A program made the translations under genes and the position numbers. The notes under the pieces were generated by a model. It was given only the letters and a program-made list of their open reading frames with translations. It made no database searches and was not told the origin of the DNA. From IMG/VR virus record IMGVR_UViG_3300028901_000135, positions 1 to 37,376 of that record: DNA of 37,376 bases; one strand, written 5' to 3'. This document shows, one piece after another, positions 35,419 through 37,376 of this stretch (its first letter is position 1; each line of letters opens with the position of its first letter). Source of the DNA: a virus.

Positions 35419-37376
35419 ATGGGTATAGCTGATACATTCGGAAAACTTGCGGGGCGGTTTGAGGCGGCGCGGCGGGCGTTCGTGCTGGGGCCGGGGGTGG
35501 TGGACCCATACGAGACGGCGATGGGGCACGACACCTCGAAATTCACGGACGAGGCGTATGGGGATTACATCGTTACCTCGAGCGCGGTGTATTCGTGCGT
35601 GACGCTGAAAGCCAACCTGTTTAAAGGGTTGAACTTCAAGCCGTATAAGCTGGGGGCGGATGGGACGAAGGTGGAGGTGACGAAGGGGAACCTGGTCAAT
35701 CTTTTACGTAAGTTCAATCCGTTCTGGTCGATGCGGCGCGCGCTGGAGATGTATTCCAAGTCGATGGGGTTATGGGGGAAAAACTTCTGGTTCTGCGAGC
35801 GGGGTGAGAGCGGAAAGATGCCGCCGCGGGAAATCTGGTGGGGGAGGCCGGACCGGGTGAAGATCGTGCCGGATGAGGTGAATTACATCAAGAAATTTCT
35901 GTACTACCCGGTGAATTCTACGGTGCCGCTGGTGTTCGACCCGTGGGAGGTGATCTGGTTCCGCTATGGAAACCCACTGGACGAGTACGAGGGGCTGGCG
36001 CCGGTGGCGGCGGCGCGGATCGCGGCAGACCTGCGCAGCTCCGCGTTTCAGAGCAACAAGAAGTTGTTCGACCAGGGGATGCAACTGGGCGGGGCGATTA
36101 CGCCGCCGAAGGGAAGCACGCTGGAGAAGGAGCAGGCGCGGGAGATCGAGGAGATGGTCAATAAGCGCTTTACCGGGGTGGAGAGGGCGCACCGGTGGGC
36201 GGTGTTCCGCTACGAGTTCGATATGAAGCAGCAGGGGATCAACGCGCGAGACGCGGAGTTCTTGGGGACGCTCAATCTGACGCTGGAGGAGGTGGCGAGG
36301 GTTTACGGTATCCCGCTAGACCTGGTTGGAGGGGAGCGGACCTATGAGAACGTGGAGGCGAGCGAGCGGGCGATCTGGACGCGGACATTGAAACCGGAGG
36401 CGGAGGATTTCGCGGCCGAGCTGACCGAGCAGCTGCTGCCGATGTTCCCGGGCGAGGCGGACATCATCGAGCCGGATCTGAGCGAGGTGGAGGTTCTGCA
36501 CGAGAGCGAGACGGCGGCCTGGGAGCGAGACAAGGGGAAGATCGAGACGGGGGCGAAGAAGATCAACGAGTGGCGGAAGGAGCAGGGATTAGAGCCGGTG
36601 CCGTGGGGGGATGTGTGGTGGGCGCAGGGGACGCTGAGGCCGGTGAAGGAGGCGGAGGAGGAATTCACCGCAGAGGACCCAGAGAACACTGAGGGAGAAG
36701 AGGAAAATTTAACCACGAAAAACACGAAAGGCACGAAAGGGGAAGAAGAGGAAAACGCGGACGAGGAAGATAACGCGGACGAGGAAGGAACCTCTCCCCC
36801 ACCCTCCCCTAAAGGGAAGGGAGCGGAGGAAGAGGCGGCTAGGGATACCCGCCCTACGCGGACCAGAGCATGGGTGGGAATGAAGTTTGGGAGCGAGGAG
36901 CATGCGCGGGCGTGGCGGGCGTTCGAGCGTAAGGCGGTGAAGTGGGAACGGCGGACGCGGGAGATGGTGGTGGACTTGTTCCGACGTCAGAAGGAGAGCG
37001 TGTTGGCGCGGATGGGCGACCAGCGGGCCGCGCGGACGGCGGATGAGGCGGCGAAGGAACCGTTCAACCGGAAGGAATGGATTCGTAAATTTCGCATCGA
37101 GATGCGGGCTTTATTGGAGGATTTATTGGAGGAGGTAGGGGAAGATGCGTTCGACGAGATCCCCGGAGGTAATGGTGGCACGTTCGATGTGAAGGCGCCG
37201 GCAGTAAGGCGGTTTATGGAGCGGCGGGCGCAGCGGTTTGCCCAGGAGGTGAATGAGACTACCTGGAACCTGCTGCGGGAGAGCCTGGCGGCCGGGTTGG
37301 AAGACGGAGACGGTTTGCAGAAGCTGATGGAGCGGGTTGAAAGCGTAATGGGGGAGCGGATCCAAAGTTCGAGCGA
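35419..37376 (+). CDS. Portal protein (HK97 family) fused in frame to a MuF/gp7-like domain; runs off the window and continues at 2..442 (752 aa in total)
   Basis: Not in the ORF track because there is no stop in the window. ATG 35419. Portal-type sequence (SAVYSCVTLKANL..., GLAPVAAARIAADL, EEVARVYGIPLDLVGG). A repeat-built linker at ~36700-36860 leads into the MuF-like region. Confidence 0.85.
   Translation, partial: MGIADTFGKLAGRFEAARRAFVLGPGVVDPYETAMGHDTSKFTDEAYGDYIVTSSAVYSCVTLKANLFKGLNFKPYKLGADGTKVEVTKGNLVNLLRKFNPFWSMRRALEMYSKSMGLWGKNFWFCERGESGKMPPREIWWGRPDRVKIVPDEVNYIKKFLYYPVNSTVPLVFDPWEVIWFRYGNPLDEYEGLAPVAAARIAADLRSSAFQSNKKLFDQGMQLGGAITPPKGSTLEKEQAREIEEMVNKRFTGVERAHRWAVFRYEFDMKQQGINARDAEFLGTLNLTLEEVARVYGIPLDLVGGERTYENVEASERAIWTRTLKPEAEDFAAELTEQLLPMFPGEADIIEPDLSEVEVLHESETAAWERDKGKIETGAKKINEWRKEQGLEPVPWGDVWWAQGTLRPVKEAEEEFTAEDPENTEGEEENLTTKNTKGTKGEEEENADEEDNADEEGTSPPPSPKGKGAEEEAARDTRPTRTRAWVGMKFGSEEHARAWRAFERKAVKWERRTREMVVDLFRRQKESVLARMGDQRAARTADEAAKEPFNRKEWIRKFRIEMRALLEDLLEEVGEDAFDEIPGGNGGTFDVKAPAVRRFMERRAQRFAQEVNETTWNLLRESLAAGLEDGDGLQKLMERVESVMGERIQSSS
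36703..36740 (+). repeat. Family-K repeat, copy 7
   Basis: Read in a different frame (ENLTTKNTKGTKG) in the portal-MuF linker. Confidence 0.9.
36791..36822 (+). repeat. Family-H hairpin repeat
   Basis: In frame in the portal-MuF linker (GTSPPPSPKGKGA). Confidence 0.9.
37236..37376. repeat. Second copy of the 141-bp terminal redundancy
   Basis: Identical to 1-141. Confidence 0.95.

Noticed and set aside
36705-36711. A_AAT_TTA heptamer as a programmed -1 frameshift that would give a portal-only product
   Set aside because: It is correctly phased and would terminate after 22 codons. However, it is created by a generic repeat, has no obvious downstream stimulatory structure, and this heptamer's efficiency in bacteria is uncertain. 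It is mentioned under the fusion finding and is not called as a feature.

Overview
The window is one complete tailed-phage genome. Bases 1-141 are identical to 37236-37376, so the unit genome is 37,235 bp, either circular or circularly permuted. It is GC-rich, with lower-GC islands (GC was counted only on a few 60-nt lines). Everything below was read from the sequence and ORF track alone; no database or structure search was run.

Gene order on the + strand:
- Head and packaging: HK97-type portal fused to an SPP1-gp7/MuF-like domain (35419..37376, continuing at 2..442), prohead protease, major capsid protein, small head-proximal genes, a beta-helix protein, and head-tail connectors.
- Tail: major tail protein, G/GT chaperones with a canonical A_AAA_AAC -1 frameshift, tape measure, distal tail protein and two fibre-like proteins.
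- Early genes after the lysogeny cassette: ribbon-helix-helix Cro-like protein, tyrosine recombinase, small early genes, a protein with RAMP (Cas7/Csm3)-like motifs, a ~0.8-kb ORF-free region, TOPRIM primase fused to a P-loop NTPase and flanked by iteron-like repeats, a DUF5131 (Gp37/Gp68)-like protein and an ASCH-like protein.
- Late genes: a strong terminator plus an AT-rich gap, two small membrane (holin-like) proteins, TerS and TerL.

The - strand carries a lysogeny cassette (13421-17141): HTH repressor, three membrane/secreted accessory genes, a Cys/His protein and a large serine recombinase.

Most worth a second look:
1. At least six families of short interspersed repeats pepper the genome. 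Many sit in frame inside essential genes, two supply stop codons, and some bridge neighbouring ORFs into fusions.
2. A lone RAMP-like protein lies next to an 0.8-kb ORF-free region that contains 36-nt tandem repeats.
3. Ori-like iteron clusters bracket the primase gene.
4. The lysogeny operon is low-GC, and the phage carries two recombinases of different families.

No tRNA, CRISPR array, reverse transcriptase or recognisable endolysin was seen.
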